64,000 bases of DNA from Octopus bimaculoides (taxonomy: Eukaryota). The notes below the pieces were generated by a model, which worked only from the letters and a program-made list of their open reading frames with translations, did not search any database and had not been told where the DNA came from. Within the stretch, counting starts at the first letter, position 1, and each line of letters begins with the position of its first letter. Both the position numbers and the translations under genes were made by a program. Shown piece by piece: positions 1-10,725 of this stretch. The DNA is taken from assembly GCF_001194135.2 (NCBI RefSeq), contig NC_068983.1:75522673-75586672 (forward strand), in the 5' to 3' direction.

Positions 1-95
1 CTAAAACACAACTGGAACCCTAAGTAAGGCATGTGTAAAATTTGAATGAAATTGGTTGCGTAGTTCTCGAGCTTTAGGGATTCACACAGACAGAC

Positions 96-132
<37 letters not shown>

Positions 133-159
133 CACATTCTAATTTTTATATATATAGAT
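1..159 (+). mobile_element. 3' end of a Helitron/DINE-1-like non-autonomous element with internal (CAGA)n
   Basis: aaatttgaatgaaattgg..tagttctcga, then (GACA)n, ending ttttatatatatagat; resembles the architecture of DINE-1/Lep1-type elements. Confidence 0.5.
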
Positions 160-954
160 ATATTCATACAATGTAAATAGTTCTGATGTTGAGTTTACAT
201 ATACATTCAACACAAGAGATATTGGTAGAACATTCATATCAAAACTTTTGTCAAAGTCAAAAACAGAAGGTCTCATAAAAATGAGAAGACCTTTACATGA
301 TTACTTGATCTGTTGGAAAAAGCAGTCAAATCTTCCTTAAGTAATATTCCATCATGTTAAAAACACAAATTTATAATGAAGCTCACAGAAAAAAAAGGGA
401 CTGTCAGCTTTATGCTGACATGGAAGATGGACATTAATTTATGATGATGATGATGATATGCACAAGTACAGCACACACCTATGTATAACACACACACACA
501 CACAATCTCTCTCTCTTGCACATGCATACATTAGCTAATTCTGATTTCTATAAACCTTAAGTGTTGCCTTGACTTTGTTAGTGACCAGCTTGAATTCTGA
601 AAAGGAAAAAAACTTAAATCCTGAAGAAACACACATGCATGCACATATATGTATGCAAGTATCCCATACTCCAGTGAGATAAATATAAAACTGTGTCTTA
701 CATTTTAGTACATTCTCACATTTTATTGTATAGAATATTGGTAGAATATTCCATTAAATCTTCCACTTAATGTTTATTTAAAAGCCAAAATGTCGATTGA
801 GACAGAAAGTAAAAATCATGTATTGTTGTATAGATCAGCTTTTCAAAGGTTGCGAACATTCCATTCAGAATCAGTAGTAAAGAGAACATCTATACATAAC
901 TGTTGCAGAACCTATAAATAAACTATGGAGATTATGAATTTACATTTTTACTTC

Positions 955-1650
955 TAATTACCTCTGCCTTAGCAAAGGCAGTGGTATTGTTTTCAGTCAT
1001 GTTTGTTCGTTTGTTTGCTTGTTTGTCTGTGGACAAGATATCTCAAGAACTGTTGGATGGATTTNNNNNNNNNNNNNNNNNNNNNNNNNNNNNNNNNNNN
1101 NNNNNNNNNNNNNNNNNNNNNNNNNNNNNNNNNNNNNNNNNNNNNNNNNNNNNNNNNNNNNNNNNNNNNNNNNNNNNNNNNNNNNNNNNNNNNNNNNNNN
1201 NNNNNNNNNNNNNNNNNNNNNNNNNNNNNNNNNNNNNNNNNNNNNNNNNNNNNNNNNNNNNNNNNNNNNNNNNNNNNNNNNNNNNNNNNNNNNNNNNNNN
1301 NNNNNNNNNNNNNNNNNNNNNNNNNNNNNNNNNNNNNNNNNNNNNNNNGTTTGTTCGTTTGTTTGCTTGTTTGTCTGTGGACAAGATATCTCAAGAACTG
1401 TTGGATGGATTTGGATGAAACTTTCAGGGACGTTTGGCTTTGTGACTGGCACAAGCTGATTAGATTTGGGGATTGATCTGGTATTGGACAAGGATTCTGG
1501 ATTATTTTTCTTTTTCTTACTTAATTCTTGAGAGCAGCAGGGTTCATTTTTAGTATTCTCATTTGTGAGAGCAGTCAAGTTTATTTCAGATATTCTCATG
1601 TTAAAAATGATCACTAGCTAATAGTTGAGAGGACGTTGGTGTTGCCTTGT
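955..1650 (+). mobile_element. Helentron-associated (HINE/DINE-like) non-autonomous element, interrupted by a gap
   Basis: Starts attacctctgcc..aaggcag, followed by a GTTT/GTCT microsatellite and ggatggatttggatgaaactttcagg, typical of this class. The 3' boundary is approximate. Confidence 0.45.
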
Positions 1651-2090
1651 TACTAATAGGATTGGTTAGGTCATTAAGTGTTTTAGAGATAATCTTGTAA
1701 AGCTGAAACTGGCAGACGACTTCTTTCTTTGTGTATGGATATATTTATGTGTTTTCGCATTTAAAAATGTGTAGATGTGTGTATGAGCCACTCTTGTTGT
1801 CACAACATTTCTCTAAGAGAGGGAAGCTCTGAGAGAAAACTGCAAAACTGACAATATTTGATGACATAGACTAGTTCCTTTTTGAGTTTATGTTGTCTAT
1901 ATTCAGAGAGTGGGATTGGATTTGTGCAAATCCTTTCCCCACTATAAAAAATCCTCCTGTACAGACATCACTTGAAAAAAAAGTAAGACCTATCACAAAA
2001 ATGGCTGGTCATAGTCTTTGCATGTATGGGACTTTCGGTCAGGTATGGCAATACTTGAACATAAGTTTGCATTCATCATGTACGTATGTA

Positions 2091-2711
2091 TATTATTATT
2101 CAGTTTTAGTCCAAGAGTTCTTCCCAATAGAGAAAGGGCTGGTTTCTAACCTAGATCCAAAGGTCCTTCATCGGAATTTCGACAACATCAATGGGGTATT
2201 TTTGTATGTATGTATACGTGCTGATTTATGTTTTAATTTTATGTATGTCTTCTCATGCATACACTTGCATATCTAGACATGATCATATATGCTTAAATGA
2301 TAAACTCCTGGCAAGTTTTACAGATGTTTACAGTTCCAGTGATGACTTGATTCTGTAGTCTTCGAATCAGCTTTCTCCTTTCTGGTTTTGAGAATCCTAA
2401 TTTCTCAAGATTGGTATTTAGACACTGTGTCACATATCCCAATGCCCTAATAATTACAGGTATAAACCTAAACTTGTAATCTGGGTAGAGTAACTGCAGA
2501 TTTCTCAATAGTTCAGCATAGGTATTCTCTTTTTCACTGATCCTCAGCTTATATTAACATCCGCTGGGCAGCTGATTTCCACAACTGTACACAGTTTCTC
2601 TTCTCTATCTCAAATCATTATATCAGGTCTATTGTGTTTATGTTTTATTGAGGTTTTCACTGGCGCATTGCTTCTACCATACTGTGAGTTCTTATTTCAT
2701 TATCCTCGGGG
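2091..2711 (-). mobile_element. 5'-truncated RLE-type non-LTR retrotransposon (R4/Dong/HERO-like), endonuclease C-terminus plus 3' UTR
   Basis: Translates to KHNRPDI..EISCP..EKENTY..FIPVIIRALGYV..GTVNICK with a stop and a frameshift (PD-(D/E)xK motif). 3' UTR ends in an AAT tail. Confidence 0.8.
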
Positions 2712-2804
2712 TTGTTTGTTTGTTTGTTTGTTTGTTTGTTTGTTTGTATGTATGTATGTATGTATGTATGTATGTATGTATGTATAAGATAATTATAGTG
2801 TTAC

Positions 2805-2902
2805 CTCTGTTGCATTTCTTCAGTCAAACGTTTCTTTTCTATTTTCAGTTGGTTTCTTTCTGTCTTCATCTTTTCTAATTCCAGAAGTTTCTTCTTGTAA
2901 TC
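2805..2902 (-). CDS. Coding exon: DYKKKLLELEKMKTERNQLKIEKKRLTEEMQQR (gene continues beyond the left window edge)
   Basis: Acceptor tcttatgtttcag, donor AG|gtaaca. 98 nt, phase 0 to 2. Charged coiled-coil sequence inside ORF 2801..3037. Confidence 0.82.
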
Positions 2903-3771
2903 CTGAAACATAAGATAATAGTCATATTCACTCGCACATGATAACTTCAAATCAAAGAGATTTGTTCTGGAACCTGATTGTACAACATAAGCACACACAT
3001 GTATATACATACAAATAGTGGTTTCAAATTTTGGCACAAGGCTAGCAATTTCAAGGAAAGGGTCAAGTTGATTACATTGACCCCAGTGCTGAACTGGTAC
3101 TTATTTTATTGAGCTTGAAAAGGATGAGAAGTAAAGTCGATCCCAATGGTATTTGAACTCAGAACATAAAGACAGATAAAATTCTGCTAAGCATTTTGTC
3201 CAGCATGCTAACAATTCTGCCAGCTTGCTACCTTAATACATTCAAATATTAAAACTAAAGGGATCTTATATCAGTTTTTGATGATGAACACTGCAGTTGT
3301 TTGATAATTGGAAATAGCAAGTTGCATAGTGTAGTGGCGAAGGTATTTGGTTTATAATCATAAGGTCATGAATACAATTCCTGGACTGAGCAGCTCATTG
3401 TCTCTATGAGCAAGGCAATATATTTTAGACTCCTCCAATCTACTCAGCTGAAAATAAGTACCAGCCCAGCAATGGTACAGCCCACCCTCTCTTCAACTGT
3501 CACATTCTGGATGTTTTGCTTGATCAAGGCTGAGGGGGTCAAGAGGGTGTTAGTATCAGCTTCTGACTACATGTGAACCCCAGACAATTAGCAAATGCAT
3601 GGTATATATTACCAAGTCATACTTTCTTGTAAGGGATGGCTATACATTTTAAAATGGGGAAGTGACTGTGTCTCTTATACACACTTGTACTCTTAACATC
3701 ACCCTCATGCCAAACCAGTATGACACTACATGTGGTAAACATTTAAAAATTTTTTTATTTACATGCACAGT

Positions 3772-3955
3772 GTAGGAGTGGCTGTGTGGTAAGTAGCTTG
3801 CTTACGAACCACATGGTTCCGGGTTCAGTCCCACTGCGTGGCACCTTGGGCAAGTGTCTTCTACTATAGCCTCGGGTGAACCAAAGCCTTGNNNNNNNNN
3901 NNNNNNNNNNNNNNNNNNNNNNNNNNNNNNNNNNNNNNNNNNNNNNNNNNNNNNN

Positions 3956-4007
<52 letters not shown>

Positions 4008-4225
4008 CGTGTGTGTGTGTGTTTGTGTGTCTGTGTTTGTCCCCCCACCATCACTTGACAACCAATGCTGGTGTGTTTACATCCTGTTAACTTAGTGCTT
4101 CGGCAAAAAGAGACCGATAGAATAAGTACTAGGCTTACAAAGAATAAGTCCTGGGGTTGATTTGCTCGACTAAAGGCGGTGCTCCAGCATGGCTGCAGTC
4201 AAATGACTGAAACAAGTAAAAGAGA
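3772..4225 (+). mobile_element. tRNA-derived SINE, family A, with internal (TA)n(TG)n
   Basis: A-box tggctgtgtgg, B-box ggttcagtccc; tail gactgaaacaagtaaaagag. Confidence 0.85.
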
Positions 4226-5730
4226 GTCTATCTTGCATTACAGTGTCAGTGGCTAAATATTTCATACACACATGTAAACTTAACATACTCTTCAAGCAAA
4301 TTCAGAATAACATTGTGTGTGATGAAGTCGGCTCTTTGAATTACAAATACAATCTACCCATCCAGATTTCACATTGTCATAAAAATAAAAGTTAATAGAT
4401 TTTGTAATAGTTTTCACAATGAGCATTCTAGTTAAGCTCACATGGTTAATATGTTCGCTTTATAATCACATGGTCTGGGGTTTTCTTCATAGCACTGCCC
4501 CGTGAATAAGTATCTTCTGTTATAGATTCTGATCAATCCAAGTTTTTGTGAGTCAAATAAGATGGATGGGAGTTCTACTGATATCCATTAGACAGTCTGT
4601 ATATCTTGAGTGATAGATTTAATCCACCACCTGGTCTAACATCACCACCATGAGGTTGGTGGCCTTTGGTAGAATCTATGCTATTTGCAAGAATTTGGAC
4701 CTGTGGTCTGCAGTCTGAAAACAAATTGTTGATCTACTTTTTCCTGTAACAGTAATCCATGAGTCTTGTTCTCTATCCTCACATTCCAAGTCACCAGCAC
4801 CAGCATCAGAGGCACTGGAAGTTGGTCATCATGGGTGCCACTCTTCCTTCTTTGACTGAACCTTAAAACAATTCTAATATCAAATAAATTTAAGATGTGG
4901 ATGTATAATGTAGCATAGTAGAGTATATCTTGTGTATACAGTTAGATGTATAACTGTTACTATTGAGTTTGGAGCTGCACATAGAATATCATCATTCAGT
5001 CTGCATCCAATTTAGTGGTGTGGTTACTGCTGTACTTAGTACTTAATAGTATTACTGGTTAGGATATACTGACCAAATGTTGAAGAAATTATGATAAACA
5101 CAAGTTTATATCATTTGATTCCTATGTATGTTTCACCATTATGGTTATTTGCTGCTTCTTCATTGGATGTTCCAAGTGCAACCAGATGTTGAATCACAAC
5201 AGATCAACATGGGAAACACTTTATTGCATTGTTTTGTTAAAAGATACTTGTCCAAGCTGCAACATAGCAGGATTGAAACTAGCACCACATGATAGCAAAG
5301 TAAATTTCTTAACCATTCAGCTATGCCTGCATTTGTTACATATTTTTTACAAATAAGTTGATAAATGAAGGAATGAAGGAATACATTTATAGAGCCTGAA
5401 TTTGGACAGATGACAAGATTTTTATAAAGAATGTTGAAAGGGATGTAAATAGAGATAGACAGAGAGCAAAAGAAAGAGAGAGAGAGAGAGAAAAGAGAAA
5501 AGAGAGAGAAAGAGAGGGGGTGGAGAGAGGGAAAAGAAAGAACAAAGACTGTTGACTTGGGCCAATACATCTTGACACCAGTGTTGTTAGAGTGCAAAGA
5601 ACTGGAACAGATATTACAAAGGCATCTTTTCCAATCCTCCACCATACTCTACCCCGTGGCTATTTGTATAAAAAAGAATGGTTATTGAGGTGTAAAAGCA
5701 TTTCTTATACTTACTCATTCAGATACTTAC

Positions 5731-5814
5731 CAATTCTTTCTTTTTCAGTTCATTCAGCATTGAACTGTTACCTTTGGAAGTGATTTCAATTTTGGATAGT
5801 CTGTCACTTTGACC
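5731..5814 (-). CDS. Coding exon: GQSDRLSKIEITSKGNSSMLNELKKKEL
   Basis: Acceptor tactttttag, donor TTG|gtaagt. 84 nt, phase 0-0. Joins both neighbours in frame. Absent from the ORF track. Confidence 0.8.
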
Positions 5815-6490
5815 CTAAAAAGTAATCAATCAGAACAGTACTCTTAAAGATATCCTATCCTATTGCAAAGCCATGTAAAAAGTGTATTTTAAGGGACTCT
5901 GATAATCAATGACTGACCTAATCAATCTTCCATTGGTTTTGATGATGAATGTTCAGTTGTTCACTTGACTGAACTTCCCCCTCATTAAATTAACATGTAA
6001 CTGGCTGAATATTCCAGAGACATTTCTATTCTTAATGTAATTCTTAGGCAGAATCAGCATGACAAAACTGGCCCTTTGATTAATGAGTTACATTCATCTG
6101 ACAAGCTTTCACACAGTTTCTTTCAAGCTAGTTTCACTCAAAAGTCCTGGGTTGAATTGAGGTCCAAGTTTCAACACAGCAGGATTGAAACTGGCACCAC
6201 AGCAAAGTAAATTTCTTAACCGTTCAGCTATGCCTGCATTTGTTACATATTTTTTACAAATAAGTTGATACATGAAGGAATGAGCACTACAAATGTCTGG
6301 AGACATAAATGTTACACAACCATGCTGTGGAGTCCCAGTACATTAGAATTTAATCTTTGTCATTGAATAATAATTGATGGGATTCATTTATATAATGAAT
6401 CCACCGGTTCAGATGATATGTGTGATGTCTGAGTAAAGTAAATTGATCTGTTGATGGTTTTAATGAAAAGTATTTCAAGCACTATTTTAA

Positions 6491-6768
6491 CCCATTACCT
6501 CCCATAATTCTATTAACTGGAATTTTTTTATGAAACTTTGATTTCTAGCATAAAACACGTTGGAATGATTAAAATAACATTTCAAAATAACATTTTAAAT
6601 AGAAATAAGCGAGATATTGGGTGAAAAATTAGCAAACCTCATTTGAATATCATAGAAATATACCTAGTAGATGTAGCAAAAAGGTTAGATATGTGTAAAT
6701 ATTGACAGATAATTACGAAATTTGTAAGTTTTAAGTGATCTCATATGAAATCACTGGTAGGTAATGGG
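6491..6768. mobile_element. piggyBac-type MITE
   Basis: TTAA|CCCATTACCTCCCA ... TGGTAGGTAATGGG|TTAA (13/14 TIR match). Confidence 0.85.
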
Positions 6769-7091
6769 TTAAGGTATTGAATTTGAGTGTTTGTCTTTGG
6801 TGTTCTTTTCCTTTTTCTTTTTTTTTTCCCCGTTCTGTGTTATGACCATTGTAATAAATGTTCAGAGATGAGAAAATAATCATCAAAACTATTACTAAGA
6901 AAAATTCATTTCTCTCTCTCTCATCAGCACGGATCTAACAAACAAAAATTAATGTAAATAAATACTCAAGTATAATGCCTTTCATTAGTACATCAGATAC
7001 AGTTGGTAAAAATAATAGTTCCACATTCAGTCCTTAGCCTAATTTAGAAATATCACTTGTAAATGATTAGTGAGATTCACCATCATCACCA

Positions 7092-7190
7092 TTGTCGTCA
7101 TTGTTGTTGTCGTCATTGTTGTTGTCGTCATTGTTGTTGTCGTCATTGTTGTTGTCGTCATTGTTGTTGTCGTCATTGTTGTTGTTGTCA
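7092..7190. repeat. 15-bp minisatellite (cgtcattgttgttgt) about 6 copies; a separate 15-mer (gatgatgttgttgtt) array lies at about 18090-18165
   Basis: Direct tandem periodicity. Confidence 0.9.
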
Positions 7191-7431
7191 TCATCATTAT
7201 CATCGTCACCACTGCCACCGCTGCCGCCACCATCACCGCCACCACCACCACCATCATCATCATCATTGTCATCTGTTTATATCTATTCTTCTATGCTGAC
7301 ATGGACTGGACAGGTTTCAACATTTCACCATTTGTCTCAGTTCTTTGTGTCACCACCTCCTGAGGTCTATTGTCTCACCATCTTTGGTAGTCCTTTGCCT
7401 CACCATTTGCTGCACTCTACTGTCTCATTCT

Positions 7432-7770
7432 GAAAGCACATGGTTCACTGGTTAGAGGGTCGGGCTTACAATCATCAATCATGAGGCAGTGAGTTCAATT
7501 CCTGGACCTGACTGTGTGTTGTGTTCTTCAGCAAGACACTTTATTTCATGTTGCTCCAGTTCACTCAGCCGTAGAAATGAGTTGTGATGTCACTGCTGCC
7601 AAACTGTATTGGCCTTTGCCTTTCCCTTGGATAACATCGGTGGTGTGGAGAGGGGAGGCTGGTATGCATGGACGACTGCCGGTCTTCTATAAACAACCTT
7701 GCCAGGACTTGTGCCTCAGAAGGGAACTTTCTCAGTGCAATCCCATGGTCATTCATGACCGAAGAGGATC
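7432..7770 (+). mobile_element. tRNA-derived SINE, family D (related degenerate copies at about 3340-3500 and 32850-33090)
   Basis: Pol III boxes, then gttcttcagcaagacacttt..gctccagttcactcagc. Possible TSD tactgtctca. Confidence 0.7.
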
Positions 7771-8199
7771 ATTACTGTCTCACCATCTGATATGATCTTA
7801 TATCTTGTTACGCACCACAAAATCATTTAGATCTTTGTCTCACCATTCTAGATCATTGTCTCATCATCTGCAGAGGTTCTTTTTCTTGACACCTGTTGTT
7901 AACATATATCTTGCTATCTGCCTCATTTCTTCATCTCACTACCCACTCTGTTTCTATTTCAGCTGGCATATATGCAACAACAAACTGGCCAATTTTGTTA
8001 CAGTATATATTGTTAGTTTTTCAGCAGTTTTAATAACTAGATGCCCTTCCTTACAGAAATTACAATATAATATAAAAGGTAAAAATTTACCATCACTTAA
8101 AAACAAGACTGCTCATCTGCACCACAAAGCCATAAGAGAGATTTTCTCATGGTAAATATTGCAGTATTGTGTCTTCTAACACAACATCCACATTTAAGC

Positions 8200-8880
8200 C
8201 CCCTCCTCCTCCTCCTCCTCCTGCTCTTCCTGCACCTCCTGCTCTTCCTGCTCCTCCTGCTCCTGCTCCTCCTGCTCCTCCTGCTCCTGCTCCTTCTCCT
8301 GCTCTTCCNNNNNNNNNNNNNNNNNNNNNNNNNNNNNNNNNNNNNNNNNNNNNNNNNNNNNNNNNNNNNNNNNNNNNNNNNNNNNNNNNNNNNNNNNNNN
8401 NNNNNNNNNNNNNNNNNNNNNNNNNNNNNNNNNNNNNNNNNNNNNNNNNNNNNNNNNNNNNNNNNNNNNNNNNNNNNNNNNNNNNNNNNNNNNNNNNNNN
8501 NNNNNNNNNNNNNNNNNNNNNNNNNNNNNNNNNNNNNNNNNNNNNNNNNNNNNNNNNNNNNNNNNNNNNNNNNNNNNNNNNNNNNNNNNNNNNNNNNNNN
8601 NNNNNNNNNNNNNNNNNNNNNNNNNNNNNNNNNNNNNNNNNNNNNNNNNNNNNNNNNNNNNNCCCCTCCTGCTCCCCCTCCTGCTCCTCCTCCTGCTCCC
8701 CTCCTGCTCCCCCTCCTGCTCCTCCTCCTGCTCCTCCTGATCTTCCTGCTCCTCCTCCTGCTCCTCCTCCTGCTCTTCCTGCTCCTCCTGCTCTTCCTGC
8801 TCCTCCTCCTGCTTCTCCTGCTCTTCCTGCTCCTCCTCCTGCTCTTCCTCCTGCTCTTCCTCCTGCTCCTCCTCCTCCTC
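8200..8880. repeat. Compound CCT/CTG/CTT triplet satellite with internal gap
   Basis: Direct inspection. Confidence 0.95.
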
Positions 8881-9419
8881 ATCCGTCATCATCCATCATC
8901 ATCATATGTCCACTTTCTATGCTGGCATGGGTTAGATGGTTTGACAGGGGCTGGCTAGGCAGAAGACTGCACCAGGCTTCACTGTCTGTTTTGACATGGT
9001 TTTTATGGTTGCATGCCCTTCCTAACACCGACTGCCTTGCAGACTGAACTGAGTGCTTTGTACATGGCATCAGCACAAGTGGGGTCAGTTTTTGCATGGT
9101 TCTTTTTTACAGTTGGATGCCTTTCCAAATGCCAACCACTTTACAGCATGGACTGGATGCCTTTTAAGTGGCACCAGCACTGACAGGGTTACCATGTAAC
9201 TTGCAAGACAGAGATCCTTTGAGAAGAGATGGGACATTGGAAGAGGTGACCTTGTGCCAGATGATGGAAGGTTAGAGTGTGACAGAGAGACAGAAACAGG
9301 CATCTTGCTAGAAAGGAGATACATGATTACTCGGTCAAAGAGAGAGAGAGAGTGATCAAGATTGAGGACAAAATCAGGTGTGTTGCTGTAGAGAAGATAC
9401 ATGGTTGCCTAGTCAGAAG

Positions 9420-9434
9420 GAGAGAGCAAGAGGA

Positions 9435-9468
<34 letters not shown>

Positions 9469-9522
9469 TGAGAGAGGGAGAGAGAGAGGGAGGGAGGGAG
9501 GGAGAGATAGATAGATAGATAT

Positions 9523-9613
<91 letters not shown>

Positions 9614-9650
9614 AAGAGAGCGAGAGTGCAAGAGTGCATGAGAGAGCAGG
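9420..9650. repeat. (GA)n microsatellite; similar (TA)n, (CA)n, (GAT)n, (ATT)n, (TATG)n and (GAA)n tracts occur throughout (e.g. 28430-29560, 35490-35565, 39530-39820, 41884-42582, 55447-55523, 57600-57745)
   Basis: Direct inspection. Confidence 0.95.
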
Positions 9651-10342
9651 AAAGAGATGGTCACAGAGGGCCAGAGCATACTCACAAGGGACAGGGATCA
9701 AAATATAAATGGGATGGTAGAGTAGAGCAAGAGAGAGACAGATGGTGGTAAAGTGCCAGGACACACCCCCAAGGTACGGTGGGGTCAGAATATAAATGGT
9801 AGGGTATTGCCAAAGATGCATGAGCAGGGAGTAGAGACTTCACATAAGTGTGATGGTGGGGAGTGCAGTGACTGGTGAAAACTTGGCATATAGAGGGGGT
9901 GTAGGGGACAACAGGATAGCAATGATACTATCAGTAGGGCAGTGAGGATAGGGTTGGGAGTGAGAGATAAGCATTAGCATAGTGCACGAGAAAGGTCAGG
10001 TATCTAGCATCAACAAGGCCAAAATCATGTGGTCAGGTAGTTCTTGTAGTGGGGATGGCAATGGTTGTCTCCCACTAGCAATGCAAACAAGAGTGCTCAT
10101 ATGCACCACAAAACCTTATGAGAGGTTCTTTCATGGTAAATATTGCAGCATTGTGTTTTCTAACACAGTATCCACTTTTAAGTGGTGATAAATTTTACCT
10201 TTTGGTATTAATACTACTTCTGACACTTTAATTAGTTACAACATAATATGGTTTAGGAACATTTTATCATGTTACCAGCACTAAAGTTATTGTCCATTAA
10301 CAAGATTGAATTGTCTTTTTATACTCTATATTGCATCATTCA

Positions 10343-10725
10343 GTGGAGGCGCAATGGCCCAGTGGTTAGGGCAGCGGACTCGCGGTCATAGGATCGCGGT
10401 TTCGATTCCCAGACCGAGTGTTGTGAGTGTTTATTGAGCGAAAACGCCTAAAGCTCCACGAGGCTCCGGCAGGGGATGGTGGCGAACCCTGCTGTACTCT
10501 TTCACAACAACTTTCTTTCACTCTTACTTCCTGTTTCTGTTCTGCCTGTAATTCAAAGGGTCAGCCTTGTCACACTGTGTAACGCTGAAAATCCCAGAGA
10601 ACTACGTAAAGGGTACACGTGTCTGTGGAGTGCTCAGCCACTTGCACGTTAATTTCACGAGCAGGCTGTTCCGTTGATCGGGTCAACTGGAACCCTCGAC
10701 GTCGTAAGCGATGGAGTGCCAACAA
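10343..10725 (+). mobile_element. tRNA(Arg)-like-headed SINE, family C
   Basis: tggcccagtggttagggcagcggactcgcgg..ggtttcgattccc; 13-bp TSD attgcatcattca (10330-10342, 10726-10738). Confidence 0.9.

Noticed and set aside
991-1424. Apparent direct repeat flanking the gap 1065-1348
   Set aside because: Identical sequence on both sides of an N-run is most likely unmerged contig overlap.
4620-4870. GC-richer segment with a partial open frame between exons
   Set aside because: Stops in the phase-0 frame required by the flanking exons, which already join cleanly.
8097-9047. Long poly-E/Q, poly-P/A and poly-R ORFs
   Set aside because: Translations of a triplet satellite spanning an N-gap; open in several frames on both strands; no splice support.
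10343-10420. Possible tRNA-Arg gene (also at 59421)
   Set aside because: No complete cloverleaf; continues into a 380-bp repeat body with TSDs, so it is a SINE head.
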